Below, piece by piece: positions 10,814-21,585 of a stretch of 64,000 bases of DNA. The stretch's first letter is position 1, and each line of letters begins with the position of its first letter. The position numbers were made by a program, and so were the translations under genes. The notes below the pieces were generated by a model. It did no database searches. It saw nothing but the letters and a program-made list of their open reading frames with translations, and was not told the DNA's origin. The DNA is from Alphaproteobacteria bacterium UBA2964 (GTDB lineage Bacteria; Pseudomonadota; Alphaproteobacteria; MPNO01; UBA2964): assembly GCA_905182615.1 (NCBI GenBank), contig CAJJCG010000016.1:8238-72237 (forward strand), written 5' to 3'.

Positions 10814-11400
10814 TCGACTTTAAAGAGATCGGCCGTTCAATATTCGGAGCCTGGATGCTGGCCCGTTTCGACGCTAACGGCCTCCTATTATTTGAAAATA
10901 CATCAAGAGCTTTCTGGCGATCTTATTGGGCCGCGACACTGGCTTTACCGGCATACATTGCGCTCGTCACAATGCGGACGCCGGAGTCAATGATCACCGT
11001 CGGAGCGCTTCCCGCAACCTTGATCCAATTATCGGGCTACATAATTGGCTGGTTCGCAATGCCCTTTGTGATGCTCTATGTGTGTCGGGCAATCGACCGA
11101 GAGGAACAATTTTGCAGATATTTCGCGGCCTATAACTGGGCCGCCTTGCTGCAGATAACCCTAATGCTCGCCCTAACGACGTTGGCCAAGACAGGAATGT
11201 TGCCACCCGCCTTCGCCGGTATTATCAGCGTTGCCGCGATCATCGCCATTCTGGTTTATCAGGGCTTTATTGCCCGTGTTGCCCTTATGATTCCGGTCTT
11301 CGGCGCCTTCGGCATCCTGGTCCTGGACCTAATGATTGGCCTCGTCGTCGATAGCTGGACAACCAAATTACTGGCGGGTCACAGGCTATTTGGCGGGTAA
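10810..11400 (+). CDS. Hypothetical multi-pass inner membrane protein
   Basis: ATG at 10810 overlaps the dapE stop (ATGA coupling), in frame with track ORF 10738; 4-5 predicted hydrophobic helices; family not recognised. Confidence 0.5.
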   Translation: MIDFKEIGRSIFGAWMLARFDANGLLLFENTSRAFWRSYWAATLALPAYIALVTMRTPESMITVGALPATLIQLSGYIIGWFAMPFVMLYVCRAIDREEQFCRYFAAYNWAALLQITLMLALTTLAKTGMLPPAFAGIISVAAIIAILVYQGFIARVALMIPVFGAFGILVLDLMIGLVVDSWTTKLLAGHRLFGG

Positions 11401-12131
11401 TCTACTTTGGTCAGGCACAGGCCTTCAGGGGGAGCCGTCTGGCCTCCTTTGGTCCTATCGCAAGCTGCGAGTGCTTCACTGATATTATCCGCCGTCCATT
11501 TTCCTTCACCGACCAGCTTCAAAGTGCCTACAAAATTACGCACCTGATGATGTAAGAAGGATGGTGCGCTGACACGTATATCGATGACCTCGCCATCGCG
11601 ATACACATCGAGCGAGGTCAAGGTTCTGATCGGAGATTTCGCCTGACACGTGCTCGCCCGGAAGGTCGAAAAGTCATGTTTACCGATCAATCGTTGTGCC
11701 GCTACATGCATCGCCCGAGCATCAAGATCTACCCCGACATGCCATGTCAGGTATCGCAGCGTGGTCGTAGGCGCCCGGCGGTTGATAATCCGGTAAAGAT
11801 AGGATCGCGCTTCCGCTGAAAACCGCGCATGAAACTGATCAGAAACAGCGGTAGCCTGAAGCACAGAAATCGGGTTTGGCCGCAAATGCGCATTAAGAGC
11901 CTCTCGCACCGTGTTCGCATTAGTATCGCGTTCAATATCAACATGGGCCGCCTGCCCCAACGCATGAACGCCAGCATCGGTCCTACCAGCGCCCTGAACC
12001 ACAGCCGTTTCGCCGCAAAAGGCATGAACTGCCTTTTCCAACTCTTCTTGGATCGAGGGTCCATTGTCCTGACGTTGCCAACCGACATAATCCGTCCCGT
12101 CATATTCGATCACGAGGTAGTAGCGGGTCAT
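11379..12131 (-). CDS. truA: tRNA pseudouridine(38-40) synthase
   Basis: MTRYYLVIEYDGTDYVGWQRQ...GAGRTDAGVHALGQ, catalytic Asp in the RTDAGVHA motif. Confidence 0.9.
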   Translation of the reverse strand: MTRYYLVIEYDGTDYVGWQRQDNGPSIQEELEKAVHAFCGETAVVQGAGRTDAGVHALGQAAHVDIERDTNANTVREALNAHLRPNPISVLQATAVSDQFHARFSAEARSYLYRIINRRAPTTTLRYLTWHVGVDLDARAMHVAAQRLIGKHDFSTFRASTCQAKSPIRTLTSLDVYRDGEVIDIRVSAPSFLHHQVRNFVGTLKLVGEGKWTADNISEALAACDRTKGGQTAPPEGLCLTKVDYPPNSL

Positions 12132-13072
12132 TTGCCGCCTCCTTGTGAGGATTGTAAAATCGTCCCCACCGGCAAGTCATAGCCCCGCAGAAACGCTTCC
12201 GTATCGGTTGCAGATTTTCCCGGCCGTTGCATCACCAGCGGTCTGATAGCGCCTTCACCGCAAGCAATAACGGCGCTTTGATTCAGAATTGTGCCCGCAT
12301 TCCCATTTCCCTCTGCAGCTTCGGCGGACAAAATTCGGATCCGTTCACCGTCGCGTTCGAACCAGGTCCCGGGCCAGGGATTTAGAGCCCGTATCCTCCG
12401 TTCGACATCAATTGCGGACTGATGCCAGTCGAGGAATCCCTCGTTGCGGGTAATTTTCGTAGCGTAGGTCGCCTCTTCCGCCGCCTGGGCCACTGGTTTG
12501 ATGCTGCCAGACTGCAAATCAGTCAGTGCACCACAGGCCGAAAGAGCCCCAACTTGTGCAAGTTCATCATGCAAACTTTCTGCCGTCGTCTCCTGTACGA
12601 TACGCACCCGGTCCTGTCGCAGGATAGGCCCGGTATCGAGACCTTCATCCATCTGCATGATGGTCACACCAGTTTCATCATCTCCGGCCATAATGGCCCG
12701 CTGGATCGGCGCCGCGCCGCGCCATCTCGGCAACAACGACACGTGAATATTGATGCAGCCCAGACGTGGGGCTTGCAAAACTTCTTTGGGAAGGATCAAA
12801 CCGTAGGCCATCACAACAACCAAATCCGCATTAAATTCAGCAAAGTCCGATACGGCGTCTGGCGATTTAAAGTTATCCGGCGTCAGAACAGGAATGCCCC
12901 GCTCTTCGGAGAATCGATGGACCGGTGTGGGTGTTACTCGATGACCTCGCCCTGATGGTCTTGGCGGTTGACTGTAAACACAGGCAATTTCGTACCCACC
13001 CTCGATGAGTGCCGAAAGGGAGGGCACCGCTATCTCGGGCGTGCCCATAAAGACAAGGCGCATGCTTGCCAT
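12128..13072 (-). CDS. fmt: Methionyl-tRNA formyltransferase
   Basis: RLVFMGTPEIAV, HVSLLPRWRGAAPIQRAI; translationally coupled to def upstream. True start may be the M at 13063 (MRLVFMG). Confidence 0.9.
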   Translation of the reverse strand: MASMRLVFMGTPEIAVPSLSALIEGGYEIACVYSQPPRPSGRGHRVTPTPVHRFSEERGIPVLTPDNFKSPDAVSDFAEFNADLVVVMAYGLILPKEVLQAPRLGCINIHVSLLPRWRGAAPIQRAIMAGDDETGVTIMQMDEGLDTGPILRQDRVRIVQETTAESLHDELAQVGALSACGALTDLQSGSIKPVAQAAEEATYATKITRNEGFLDWHQSAIDVERRIRALNPWPGTWFERDGERIRILSAEAAEGNGNAGTILNQSAVIACGEGAIRPLVMQRPGKSATDTEAFLRGYDLPVGTILQSSQGGGK

Positions 13073-13077
13073 AAGCG

Positions 13078-13596
13078 CTACGACAATGCCTCGGTTTTCT
13101 TAAGCTTGGACATTTTTCGGAGGATAATATTGCGCTTTAGCATTGAGATGTGATCAACAAAAAGCTTGCCATCGAGGTGATCCATCTCATGCTGGATACA
13201 GGTCGATAACAGCCCTTCAGCTTCAATCTCCTGAATCTCATTTTCATAATCCAGATACCTGACCCGAACCTTTGCCGGGCGCTCCACTTCCGCATATTGA
13301 TCTGGAAAGGACAAACAGCCTTCGTCATACACCGCGAGGTTATCCGAAGATTCAATAAGTTCAGGATCAGCCATTTGGATAGGAGATCGATCAGTATCCC
13401 CCCGTGAGGTATCAACGACAATGACCCGCTTGTGTACCGAAACCTGTGGCGCCGCGAGTCCAACACCTGGAGCGACATACATTGTCTCCAGCATATCGTC
13501 CATCAACGTCCTGATTTCGTCATCAACGACCTCAACCGGCACACAGTGCTTTTTGAGGATTGGGTCAGGTGCTTTTATGATTGGGAGAACAGCCAT
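13078..13596 (-). CDS. def: Peptide deformylase
   Basis: MAVLPII..., GVGLAAPQV, EGCLSFP, QHEMDHLDG (all three Def motifs). The start is trimmed from the track ORF to the canonical MAVLPI. Confidence 0.9.
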   Translation of the reverse strand: MAVLPIIKAPDPILKKHCVPVEVVDDEIRTLMDDMLETMYVAPGVGLAAPQVSVHKRVIVVDTSRGDTDRSPIQMADPELIESSDNLAVYDEGCLSFPDQYAEVERPAKVRVRYLDYENEIQEIEAEGLLSTCIQHEMDHLDGKLFVDHISMLKRNIILRKMSKLKKTEALS

Positions 13597-13767
13597 TTTG
13601 TGCCGCGCAACCTCTTTCAAACCAACGAGCGGTTTAGGTAGGCCCTAGCGCCCGTGAGGTCAAGAACTGAGCCAACAAATCAGACAATCCTTGATTCGCG
13701 ATATCCCGTGATATGCTTAAAATTCATAACAATTTGGGGCCGCTGAGTAGCAGCGGGAGTCGCTGAT

Positions 13768-14892
13768 ATGGATGTCATCTCGATCGTTGCGATTGGTGTA
13801 TCGGTAATTCTTGCGGCAGCGCTTATTGCCCTGTTACTGCGCAATAATCAAAAGGCCCCCGACCCCCAGGCCGAATTGATTGGCCGCCTGGCACAAATGG
13901 CCGAGACTAATGCGGCGCAACAAGCTCAGCTCGCCGAACGATTGCAGGCACAAGAGCGCGCCCTAAGTAAAACGCTGGAAGAGAGGCTGACAGACCTTTC
14001 CAAGCGGATCGGCGATAACCTGCAACAAAGCACAACGAAGACCGGCGAGACCATGACCAAGCTGCAGGAACGGCTCGCGGTTATCGACGCGGCCCAGAAA
14101 AACATTACCGAGCTATCGAGCCAGGTGGTTAGTCTTCAGGACGTATTGTCGAACAAACAGGCGCGAGGGGCGTTTGGTGAAATTCAACTACAAGATCTCG
14201 TAAAAAGCGCTCTGCCACCATCTGCCTATCGCTTTCAGGCAACGCTTGGAAACGGCAAGCGGGCCGACTGCCTCATTCAACTGCCGAACCCACCAGGGTC
14301 CATCGTTATCGATGCCAAGTTTCCACTCGAAAGCTATCGGGCCCTCATTGCCGCAAAAGATGATGCGGGCCGCACGGCAGCGGGGCGCCAGCTAATCGCA
14401 GATGTTAGCAAGCACGTTAATGATATCGCTGAACGCTATATCGTTCCCGGCGAAACAGCAGAATCGGCCTTGATGTTCCTGCCATCCGAAGCAGTGTATG
14501 CCGAACTTCACGCTAATTTTGCCAAAGTCGTCGAACATTCTTATGCCAAGCGCGTCTGGATTGTATCGCCAACAACTTTAATGGCCACGCTCAATACTGT
14601 TCGGGCAATTCTCAAAGATGCTCAGATGCAGGAGCAAGCAAGTGTGATCCAGAACGAGGTTCTGATCATGCTGGGCGACGTCGGGCGTCTCGATCAACGG
14701 GTTGAAAATCTAGAAAAACATTTCGGATTGGCTGAGAAAGACATACGGGAAATTCGAGTTTCTGCCGAGAAAATATCCAAACGTGGCGAACGCATCACTG
14801 AGATTGAGCTAGGCGAGGCAGGTGAAGAGGCCGACGCAATCGAGCATGTCTCAGGTGACGGCATCGCCAGCATCCACCGTATCGGAGAATAG
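13768..14892 (+). CDS. rmuC: DNA recombination protein RmuC
   Basis: N-terminal TM helix, long coiled-coil region, C-terminal RmuC domain; 374 aa. Confidence 0.85.
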   Translation: MDVISIVAIGVSVILAAALIALLLRNNQKAPDPQAELIGRLAQMAETNAAQQAQLAERLQAQERALSKTLEERLTDLSKRIGDNLQQSTTKTGETMTKLQERLAVIDAAQKNITELSSQVVSLQDVLSNKQARGAFGEIQLQDLVKSALPPSAYRFQATLGNGKRADCLIQLPNPPGSIVIDAKFPLESYRALIAAKDDAGRTAAGRQLIADVSKHVNDIAERYIVPGETAESALMFLPSEAVYAELHANFAKVVEHSYAKRVWIVSPTTLMATLNTVRAILKDAQMQEQASVIQNEVLIMLGDVGRLDQRVENLEKHFGLAEKDIREIRVSAEKISKRGERITEIELGEAGEEADAIEHVSGDGIASIHRIGE

Positions 14893-14924
14893 CAGGAGTG
14901 CCGACCATACAAGCATTTCGTTGA

Positions 14925-15518
14925 TCAAATTTCCCGTCGTGCTTTTATAGCAGCCGACAACGTCCCGTCATCAAGGTAATCCAATTCACCGCCAACTGGT
15001 ACACCATGCGCGAGTCGAGAAATTTTAACGCCACAATCAGCCAATCGTTCAGCGACATAATGTGCCGTCGTCTGCCCATCGACCGTTGCTGATGTGGCAA
15101 GAATTATTTCAAAAACCCGGCCAGATTCAGCCCGGGCAACCAGACCCGCAATCGCTAGATCTTCTGGGCCGGTGCCATCAAGGGCGGACAATGTGCCTCC
15201 TAATACGTGATAAAGGCCGTTGAAGGATGCCGTCCGCTCCAGCGCCCAGAGATCTGCAACGTCCTCCACAACACAAATGACGGATACATCGCGTCTCATG
15301 CTATTGCAGACCGAACAGGGGTCAGTGACATCAATATTGCCGCATATATCGCAGCTTTTCATCGCTTCGGCAGCATCACTAAGGGCCTGCGCCAATGGCA
15401 ACATCAGGCTCTCTCGGCGCTTGATTAGAAACAACACTGCCCGGCGCGCCGATCGTGGGCCAAGCCCCGGCAATCGCGCAAATAGCTGAATTAGCTGATC
15501 AATGGCGGTAACTGCCAT
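14925..15518 (-). CDS. recR: Recombination protein RecR
   Basis: HhH motif [11 protein letters not shown]; C4 zinc finger CDICGNI...CSVC; Toprim domain; conserved recR-ybaB-dnaX order. Confidence 0.92.
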   Translation of the reverse strand: MAVTAIDQLIQLFARLPGLGPRSARRAVLFLIKRRESLMLPLAQALSDAAEAMKSCDICGNIDVTDPCSVCNSMRRDVSVICVVEDVADLWALERTASFNGLYHVLGGTLSALDGTGPEDLAIAGLVARAESGRVFEIILATSATVDGQTTAHYVAERLADCGVKISRLAHGVPVGGELDYLDDGTLSAAIKARREI

Positions 15519-15557
15519 TAATGAATATTCCTGATATCAAATAAAATCATTTGGGAA

Positions 15558-15881
15558 TCAGATCGGCAGGTTAAGACCCGGCGGCAAATTGAGACCACCT
15601 GTGATTTTGGACATTTCTTCAGCAACCCGAACTTCCAATTTTCCTTTTGCATCAGAAAAAGCGGCAACGATTAGGTCCTCAACAACCTCGGCATCGTTTG
15701 AATTGAAAAGCGTTGGATCAATATGCAGGCCGAGCATCTCGCCTTTACCATTTAGCCGGACCGTAACCATGCCGCCACCAGACGCGCCAGAGATTTCCAG
15801 GTCCACAAGCTTTTCCTGCATTTCCTGCATCTTGGTCTGCATTTCCTGAGCCTGCTTCATCATCTGGCCAAGATTCTTCAT
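15558..15881 (-). CDS. ybaB: Nucleoid-associated protein YbaB/EbfC
   Basis: 107 aa; [25 protein letters not shown] signature; stop overlaps the dnaX start. Confidence 0.92.
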   Translation of the reverse strand: MKNLGQMMKQAQEMQTKMQEMQEKLVDLEISGASGGGMVTVRLNGKGEMLGLHIDPTLFNSNDAEVVEDLIVAAFSDAKGKLEVRVAEEMSKITGGLNLPPGLNLPI

Positions 15882-17707
15882 GGGTCTGCCTTTTCAGTTT
15901 CGATATCATCGTCTGTATCATCTTCATCGACCGAATCAGGGAATTCTTCGGGAACCCGTTCGGTAACGGCTTCAACCGTAGCCCCAGGAAAGGCCTCTAA
16001 CGCTGCCTGCACTAAAGGGTGAGCGGTTGCCCTGCCCCGCCGCGCCGCTTCCTTGTCGTCCAACTGCTCGCGGATTGTCGGATCACCAGCTTCTTCTGAA
16101 AGGCTTACCAGCCATTGATCACCAGTCCATTCGCTCAAAAACTTGCTGACCCGTGTTGCAAGATCAGATGGGGCTTCTGGTTCTGTTCTGAGCGCTATAT
16201 GTCCGGATTCGAATCGCACCAGGTGTACATGATGGACCAGCGTCGCATGCAAAATACCCTCTCGGCGTTCTTCAAACATTGCGACGATCTGTTCGAAACT
16301 CTGAAGTCCCGTACTCTGCTCATCGGCCAACGGCGTTGGCTGCATTTCCTGTATCGGTGGTGCCGGGTCGGGATCCGCAATGGGCGCCTGCTGCGGCATT
16401 GCATCATGAGCTCCCATGCCACCGGCCATACGTGCCCCGCCATCGTCCTGTGATGCTTGTGGAGGCGCTAGCGCTGGTGACGGCGTCGCCGTGGCCTGCG
16501 GCGCAGGCGTTGCACTTGCCGGATTGTCTTTCAAGCTGCGCACCAGATCTGCCGGGCTTGGCAGATCTGCCATATAGGCGAGCCTGATCAACACCATTTC
16601 CGCAGCCTGCGCGGATGACGGCAAACTTTGGACTTCACTCAACCCTTTAAGCAGCAATTGCCAGGTTCGGCCCAGTGTGGGAACAGACAACGTCTCAGCC
16701 AGCGACAGACCTCGCTCGCGGTCCATTTGGGAAATTCCCTGACCGTCAGCCGCGGCGGGCGACAATTTGATCCGGGTAAGCCAATGCGTCAGCTGCAGGA
16801 GATCCTGTAAAACAATCGCTGGATCCGCACCCGCATCGTAAAGCTGATTAAAAATATTCAGAGCTTCATCGACAGTGCCTTGCATTGCCGTCGCAAAGAG
16901 ATCGTAAATTAGGCCGCTGTCTGCCAGGCCGAGCATTTCGCGGACGGCCTCCTCAGAAACTTCATCACCTTCAGCGTTCCCGGCATGGGCTATCGCCTGA
17001 TCAAGCAGCGACAAGCCATCGCGAACCGATCCGTCTGCCGCCCGAGCGATCAACCCCATCGCCCCTTCCGCAACCGTCGCGGATTCTTGCTCAGCAACAG
17101 AATTGAAATGAGTGATCAAGGTTTCGGCATCGACACGCCTGAGATCAAACCGCTGACACCGAGACAGGACCGTCACAGGAACTTTACGGGTTTCTGTCGT
17201 CGCGAAAATAAATTTTACGTGCTCCGGAGGTTCTTCCAGCGTCTTCAACAGCGCGTTAAACGCACTGGAGGACAGCATGTGAACCTCATCGATAATATAA
17301 ATCTTGAAACGGGCATCTACCGGCCGATAGCGGACACCGTCAATCAGCTCCCTGATATCATTGACCCCAGTCCGACTGGCAGCATCCATTTCAATAACAT
17401 CGACATGGCGGTCCCCAGTGATCGCCTTACAATGAGCGCAGACACCACACGATTCCGGTGTCGGACCTCCATTGCCATCTTCACCTATGCAATTAAGGGC
17501 CCGCGCAATGATGCGGGCGGTACTAGTTTTACCGACACCGCGGACACCCGTCAGAATAAATGCATGGGGCAATCGATCAGCATGGATGGCATTGGTCAGG
17601 GTCCGCACCATAGCGTCCTGACCAATCAGTTCAGCAAAGGTCCGGGGCCGGTACTTCCGGGCGAGAACACGATACGGCTGAGGTGAAGGTGTATCGTCGG
17701 TTGCCAC
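15878..17707 (-). CDS. dnaX: DNA polymerase III subunit gamma/tau
   Basis: AAA+ clamp-loader motifs: [24 protein letters not shown], zinc module CGVCAHC, SRCQRF; 609 aa. Confidence 0.92.
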   Translation of the reverse strand: MATDDTPSPQPYRVLARKYRPRTFAELIGQDAMVRTLTNAIHADRLPHAFILTGVRGVGKTSTARIIARALNCIGEDGNGGPTPESCGVCAHCKAITGDRHVDVIEMDAASRTGVNDIRELIDGVRYRPVDARFKIYIIDEVHMLSSSAFNALLKTLEEPPEHVKFIFATTETRKVPVTVLSRCQRFDLRRVDAETLITHFNSVAEQESATVAEGAMGLIARAADGSVRDGLSLLDQAIAHAGNAEGDEVSEEAVREMLGLADSGLIYDLFATAMQGTVDEALNIFNQLYDAGADPAIVLQDLLQLTHWLTRIKLSPAAADGQGISQMDRERGLSLAETLSVPTLGRTWQLLLKGLSEVQSLPSSAQAAEMVLIRLAYMADLPSPADLVRSLKDNPASATPAPQATATPSPALAPPQASQDDGGARMAGGMGAHDAMPQQAPIADPDPAPPIQEMQPTPLADEQSTGLQSFEQIVAMFEERREGILHATLVHHVHLVRFESGHIALRTEPEAPSDLATRVSKFLSEWTGDQWLVSLSEEAGDPTIREQLDDKEAARRGRATAHPLVQAALEAFPGATVEAVTERVPEEFPDSVDEDDTDDDIETEKADP

Positions 17708-17766
17708 GTTGCTTTGCCCCTGTCTGGCCTAGTCACTGTTACGGATGCCCTTAATATGAGGAATCC

Positions 17767-17868
17767 GGTGGGAGGCTGGACTGACGACCCGAGAAAAACT
17801 CGTTACGGCTGCTTCCTTCCGGACCTGACCGAGTTAGCGAGGATCTCGTCCATCGCCAACCTCCCACC
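17767..17868 (-). ncRNA. ffs: Signal recognition particle RNA (4.5S RNA)
   Basis: The minus strand reads GGTGGGAGG...TCGGTCAGGTCCGGAAGGAAGCAGCC...CCTCCCACC. The near-invariant SRP domain-IV motif GGUCAGGUCCGGAAGGAAGCAGCC is present and the 9-nt termini are complementary. Location immediately upstream of dnaX is the usual alphaproteobacterial position. Ends approximate (+/-5 nt). Confidence 0.85.
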
Positions 17869-17961
17869 ATTACTATATCAGCAAACTTCGCGCGGCCCCA
17901 AGACGCTAAACGCATTTCACTCAACATTGCGTCGATACGTCCTCTGTGCGAGGCTATAATC

Positions 17962-18882
17962 ATGAAATCTCCAAATTTTTATGCCGAAACCGGCCTCAAT
18001 CGTATGTCAGAACGCCGCTCCGATTCGACCTGGTTGCTAACACTTGCAACGGATGAGGATGCGATCATCGTCCCGGTATGGCGAACCCGCAATTTGATAG
18101 GTCAGAATACGGGAAATCCTGAGGCCATTCGTCTCTCAGTCGGGGCAGCACGCGACTTATTGGATGAAAATTCATTTCTAATATTTCTTGGTTATCGCGA
18201 TGACGTGCCGCATTTTGCGGTCGACCTCTCTCATATTGACGAGCCACACAAACATCCGGCGCTAAAAGAAGCCGGAGAATTTACGGATATCCGAGAAATC
18301 AGCCTGAATTTACCGCGCGAAGACGGCGGGTTGCTTGCCTATTCACGCGCCATCGCCCAATGGCACAAAACCCACATATTTTGTGGCCGCTGCGGCCACC
18401 CATCGGAGCCCAAAGATGGCGGCCATATGCGGCTTTGCACCAATCCAGACTGCAATACCCAACATTTTCCGCGCACCGATATGGCGGTCATTATGCTTGT
18501 CAGTTCGGGAGACAAGGTCATTCTTGGTCGCAAAAAAGAGTGGGCAGAAGACCGGTTCTCCATTCTCGCCGGATTTGTCGAACCGGGAGAGACCATAGAA
18601 GGTGCCGTCGCCCGCGAGGTTATGGAAGAGGTCGGCATTCCGATCACCAACATCCGCTATCATTCGTCCCAGCCGTGGCCGTTTCCGTCTAATCTGATGC
18701 TCGGCTTTTTCGCCGAGGCCGAGAGCGAAACAATTAATATTACCGATGATGAGCTGGCGGAAGCGCGCTGGTTCACCCGCGAAGAATTGCTTGATGAGGC
18801 GAAAGCCTATGCCGAAAAACCACACTCCGTATCCATCGCCCGACGACTAATCTCCGAGTGGACACTCGGGATCGAACCCTAA
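17962..18882 (+). CDS. nudC: NAD+ diphosphatase (NADH pyrophosphatase, Nudix)
   Basis: Zinc ribbon CGRCGHPSEPKDGGHMRLCTNPDCNTQHFPR followed by Nudix box GFVEPGETIEGAVAREVMEEVGI. Confidence 0.8.
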   Translation: MKSPNFYAETGLNRMSERRSDSTWLLTLATDEDAIIVPVWRTRNLIGQNTGNPEAIRLSVGAARDLLDENSFLIFLGYRDDVPHFAVDLSHIDEPHKHPALKEAGEFTDIREISLNLPREDGGLLAYSRAIAQWHKTHIFCGRCGHPSEPKDGGHMRLCTNPDCNTQHFPRTDMAVIMLVSSGDKVILGRKKEWAEDRFSILAGFVEPGETIEGAVAREVMEEVGIPITNIRYHSSQPWPFPSNLMLGFFAEAESETINITDDELAEARWFTREELLDEAKAYAEKPHSVSIARRLISEWTLGIEP

Positions 18883-18901
18883 TCATCCATCCAATGTGGA
18901 A

Positions 18902-19759
18902 CTAATTACGTTCTCGGTAGGAAGCCGCGGGATACGTCCCGAGAATTTGTACCTCATGGGAAAAGAACTTAAGTTCTTCCAAGGCGAGCTTCAAATTCTT
19001 GTCATCGGGGTGGCCCTCAACATCAGCATAAAACTGCGTAGCCTTAAAGCTACCTTTCACCATGTAGCTTTCGAGCTTGGTAATGTTGACGCCATTGGTC
19101 GCAAATCCGCCGAGAGATTTAAAGAGGGCAGCCGGTACATTCCGAACCCCAAAAACAAAGCTGGTAACAAGTGGGCCCGACCCACGCGCTTGTTTTTGCG
19201 GCCTGCGCGACAAAACAACAAAGCGCGTTGTGTTGTGATCCGCGTCTTCAATATTGGCCCGCAAAGATTTTAGCCCATAAGTCTCGCCAGCGAGTTTTGA
19301 GGCAATGGCGGCTTCACTAGTATCCCCATGTTCTGATAGCTCCTTTGCTGCACCCGCCGTATCGGCGTGAACGATGGCGTCCAGCTTCAACTTCTGAATC
19401 ATCGCCCGACACTGGGCTAAGGCGTGCACATGGCTACGTACAACGCGAATTGACTTTAACGTTGCGCCCATAGGCGCGAGCAGATGATGGTTCACCCGCA
19501 GAAAATGCTCGCCAATAATAAAAAGTCCGGAGTCCGGCATTAGACGATGGATATCAGCGACACGGCCAGCCACTGAATTTTCAATCGGTGTCATTGCGTA
19601 TTTGGCACGACCGTCTTCAACAGCAGCGAACATATCCTCGAAGGTCTGTGCCGGCAGAACATTCATTTCTGGATAGGCCTGCTGGCAGGCGAGGTGCGAA
19701 TATGCGCCAGGCAGACCCTGAAACACAATGGTGTTCGATGGTTTCTTTGAAATTGCCAT
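18902..19759 (-). CDS. pheA: Prephenate dehydratase
   Basis: PDT domain (VFQGLPGAYSHLA...TRFVVL) plus C-terminal ACT domain; the pheA-kdsB-cycM neighbourhood is typical of alphaproteobacteria. Confidence 0.85.
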   Translation of the reverse strand: MAISKKPSNTIVFQGLPGAYSHLACQQAYPEMNVLPAQTFEDMFAAVEDGRAKYAMTPIENSVAGRVADIHRLMPDSGLFIIGEHFLRVNHHLLAPMGATLKSIRVVRSHVHALAQCRAMIQKLKLDAIVHADTAGAAKELSEHGDTSEAAIASKLAGETYGLKSLRANIEDADHNTTRFVVLSRRPQKQARGSGPLVTSFVFGVRNVPAALFKSLGGFATNGVNITKLESYMVKGSFKATQFYADVEGHPDDKNLKLALEELKFFSHEVQILGTYPAASYRERN

Positions 19760-19781
19760 AATTCGAATTGCCTGGTTTGGA

Positions 19782-20513
19782 CTAGGGTTCCAATATCGCG
19801 CGGGCGCGTTCTAGATCGGCGGGAGTATCGACACCGTCCGGGACGGTGTCAACGAGAGCAACATCGATACGCATCCCGGCCTCCAAAGCACGCAGCTGTT
19901 CCAACTTTTCACGCTTTTCCAAGACACTTTCGGGCAATTCAACAAACCGTCGCAATGCTGCGCGCCGAAAAGCATAGATGCCAATGTGGTGATAATGTGC
20001 CCCTTCACCGATTGGAACAGTCGCCCGGCTAAAATAAAGAGCACGCCCTACTTTTTCGTCATCGGCCAATCCGACCACAGCCTTTACCGCATTCGGGTCA
20101 TGCCGTTCCGCTTCATCGGAAATTTTCGTGACAAGCGTTGCGATGTCTACTGCGGGGTCACTCAACGGCATGAGCACCGTATCAATGACAACAGGATCAA
20201 TCGTCGGGAGATCGCCCTGCAAATTGACGACCACATCATATTCTGCCGACGGATCAAATGCTTCGAGAGCCGCATACACGCGGTCAGAGCCACTCGGCGA
20301 ATCAGGATCGGTCATAACTACCGTTCCCCCAGCCTCCGCGACAGCGTCAGCAATAGCTTGGTCACCGCAGGCGACCAACACTGGCCCTACCTTGGCCGCC
20401 TCCGCACGACGTAATACATGCACGATCATTGGCAGCCCTGCTATTTCGGCGAGCGGCTTGTCCGGAAGGCGCGTCGAGGCAAGACGGGCAGGAATTACGA
20501 TGATTGGCTTCAC
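19782..20513 (-). CDS. kdsB: 3-deoxy-manno-octulosonate cytidylyltransferase (CMP-KDO synthetase)
   Basis: [22 protein letters not shown]-terminal signature. Confidence 0.9.
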   Translation of the reverse strand: MKPIIVIPARLASTRLPDKPLAEIAGLPMIVHVLRRAEAAKVGPVLVACGDQAIADAVAEAGGTVVMTDPDSPSGSDRVYAALEAFDPSAEYDVVVNLQGDLPTIDPVVIDTVLMPLSDPAVDIATLVTKISDEAERHDPNAVKAVVGLADDEKVGRALYFSRATVPIGEGAHYHHIGIYAFRRAALRRFVELPESVLEKREKLEQLRALEAGMRIDVALVDTVPDGVDTPADLERARAILEP

Positions 20514-20705
20514 AAAATAGCTTTCGACTGATGTTTTTGACTGGTAGAGCTATTCCACTTTACCGTGTCACAGGCGTGTGCGGCAACATGCCACGTCGCC
20601 AAATGGTGCCATATAAACGGAATATTAGTCATATTTTACTGTACTGGATAAACTATCGGGGCCTATTAAGGCTCAGTTTATTTCCTGACCCCCTGAGGTT
20701 CCAAC

Positions 20706-21227
20706 ATGTCCTCATTTGAGATTAACAAAATAGCCGGCGCCATTCTTACGGTCGCTCTTGTCGTAATGGTCATCGGTATTATCGGTAATGCCCTGGTCAA
20801 ACCGAAGGACCACAAGAGCTCCGTTGTCGTTGCGGATGCACCTGCGCCGGTAAAGAAAGAGGAAAAGAAACTGGAGCCGGTTGGCCCGCTACTCGCCAGC
20901 GCCAGTGCTGAAAAAGGCAAAAAGGTCGCCAATTTATGCAAGGCCTGCCATACATTTACTCAAGGCGGCAAAAACAAGATCGGTCCTGCATTGTGGGAAA
21001 TCGTTGACCGCAATATGGGCGGTGGTAACGGCTTTAAATATTCTTCCGGCATGATGAAGATGAAAGCAAAATGGGGCTACGAGGAACTCAATAAGTTCCT
21101 GGTCAAGCCGCGGAAATATGTCAAAGGCACAAAAATGGCCTTTATCGGAATCAAAAAGGTCAAGGATCGTGCCAATTTGATCGCATATCTCCGTTCGTTA
21201 AGCCCCTCGCCGAAACCGCTACCTTAA
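20706..21227 (+). CDS. Membrane-anchored class I cytochrome c (CycM-like)
   Basis: N-terminal TM anchor, single CKACH heme-binding site, cytochrome c2-like C-terminal domain. Confidence 0.75.
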   Translation: MSSFEINKIAGAILTVALVVMVIGIIGNALVKPKDHKSSVVVADAPAPVKKEEKKLEPVGPLLASASAEKGKKVANLCKACHTFTQGGKNKIGPALWEIVDRNMGGGNGFKYSSGMMKMKAKWGYEELNKFLVKPRKYVKGTKMAFIGIKKVKDRANLIAYLRSLSPSPKPLP

Positions 21228-21585
21228 CCCGGACGGCAGTTTTAGAGGTTTTCACCGTTACCGGAACGGTAGGGTTCTGTTAACCATATATTCTATAAAG
21301 TTATCCAGATACTGGCTGGCGATAACTTTATATGCTCGACGCAGCGACACCCTTACAAAGCTCTATTTCCGAATTCGAGTTTGATGAAAGGCGTGTGATT
21401 GGCGACTTTAGTTACAAAACAATCCACTGACGCCTCAGAGACATTTTGAGCATCGGTGTTAGAACAGCTGACATCTGAAAAGCCGATTGATATTCTCCCG
21501 CCAAAGAAAGTAATTAGGAATGCTCTGCCAAAAGTGACGTCAAAGACGTCTTTCTTTCCCTCCGGTTTATGGTCAGACTCACATT

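Noticed and set aside
12422-12955. Long antisense ORFs inside well-supported genes: 177 aa opposite fmt; 233 aa at 16985-17686 opposite dnaX; 160 aa at 18343-18825 opposite nudC; 202 aa at 39115-39723 opposite the TctC gene
   Set aside because: They have no recognisable motifs, each lies entirely within a strongly supported gene on the other strand, and such ORFs arise readily at this GC content. They are treated as spurious.
18855-18882. tRNA T-loop-like sequence (GGGTTCGATCCC on the minus strand) near the 3' end of nudC
   Set aside because: It lies inside the nudC coding sequence (encodes TLGIEP) and has no acceptor, D or anticodon arms. A second T-loop-like hit (GGATTCGAATC at about 16206) is inside dnaX. 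No tRNA genes were found in the window.
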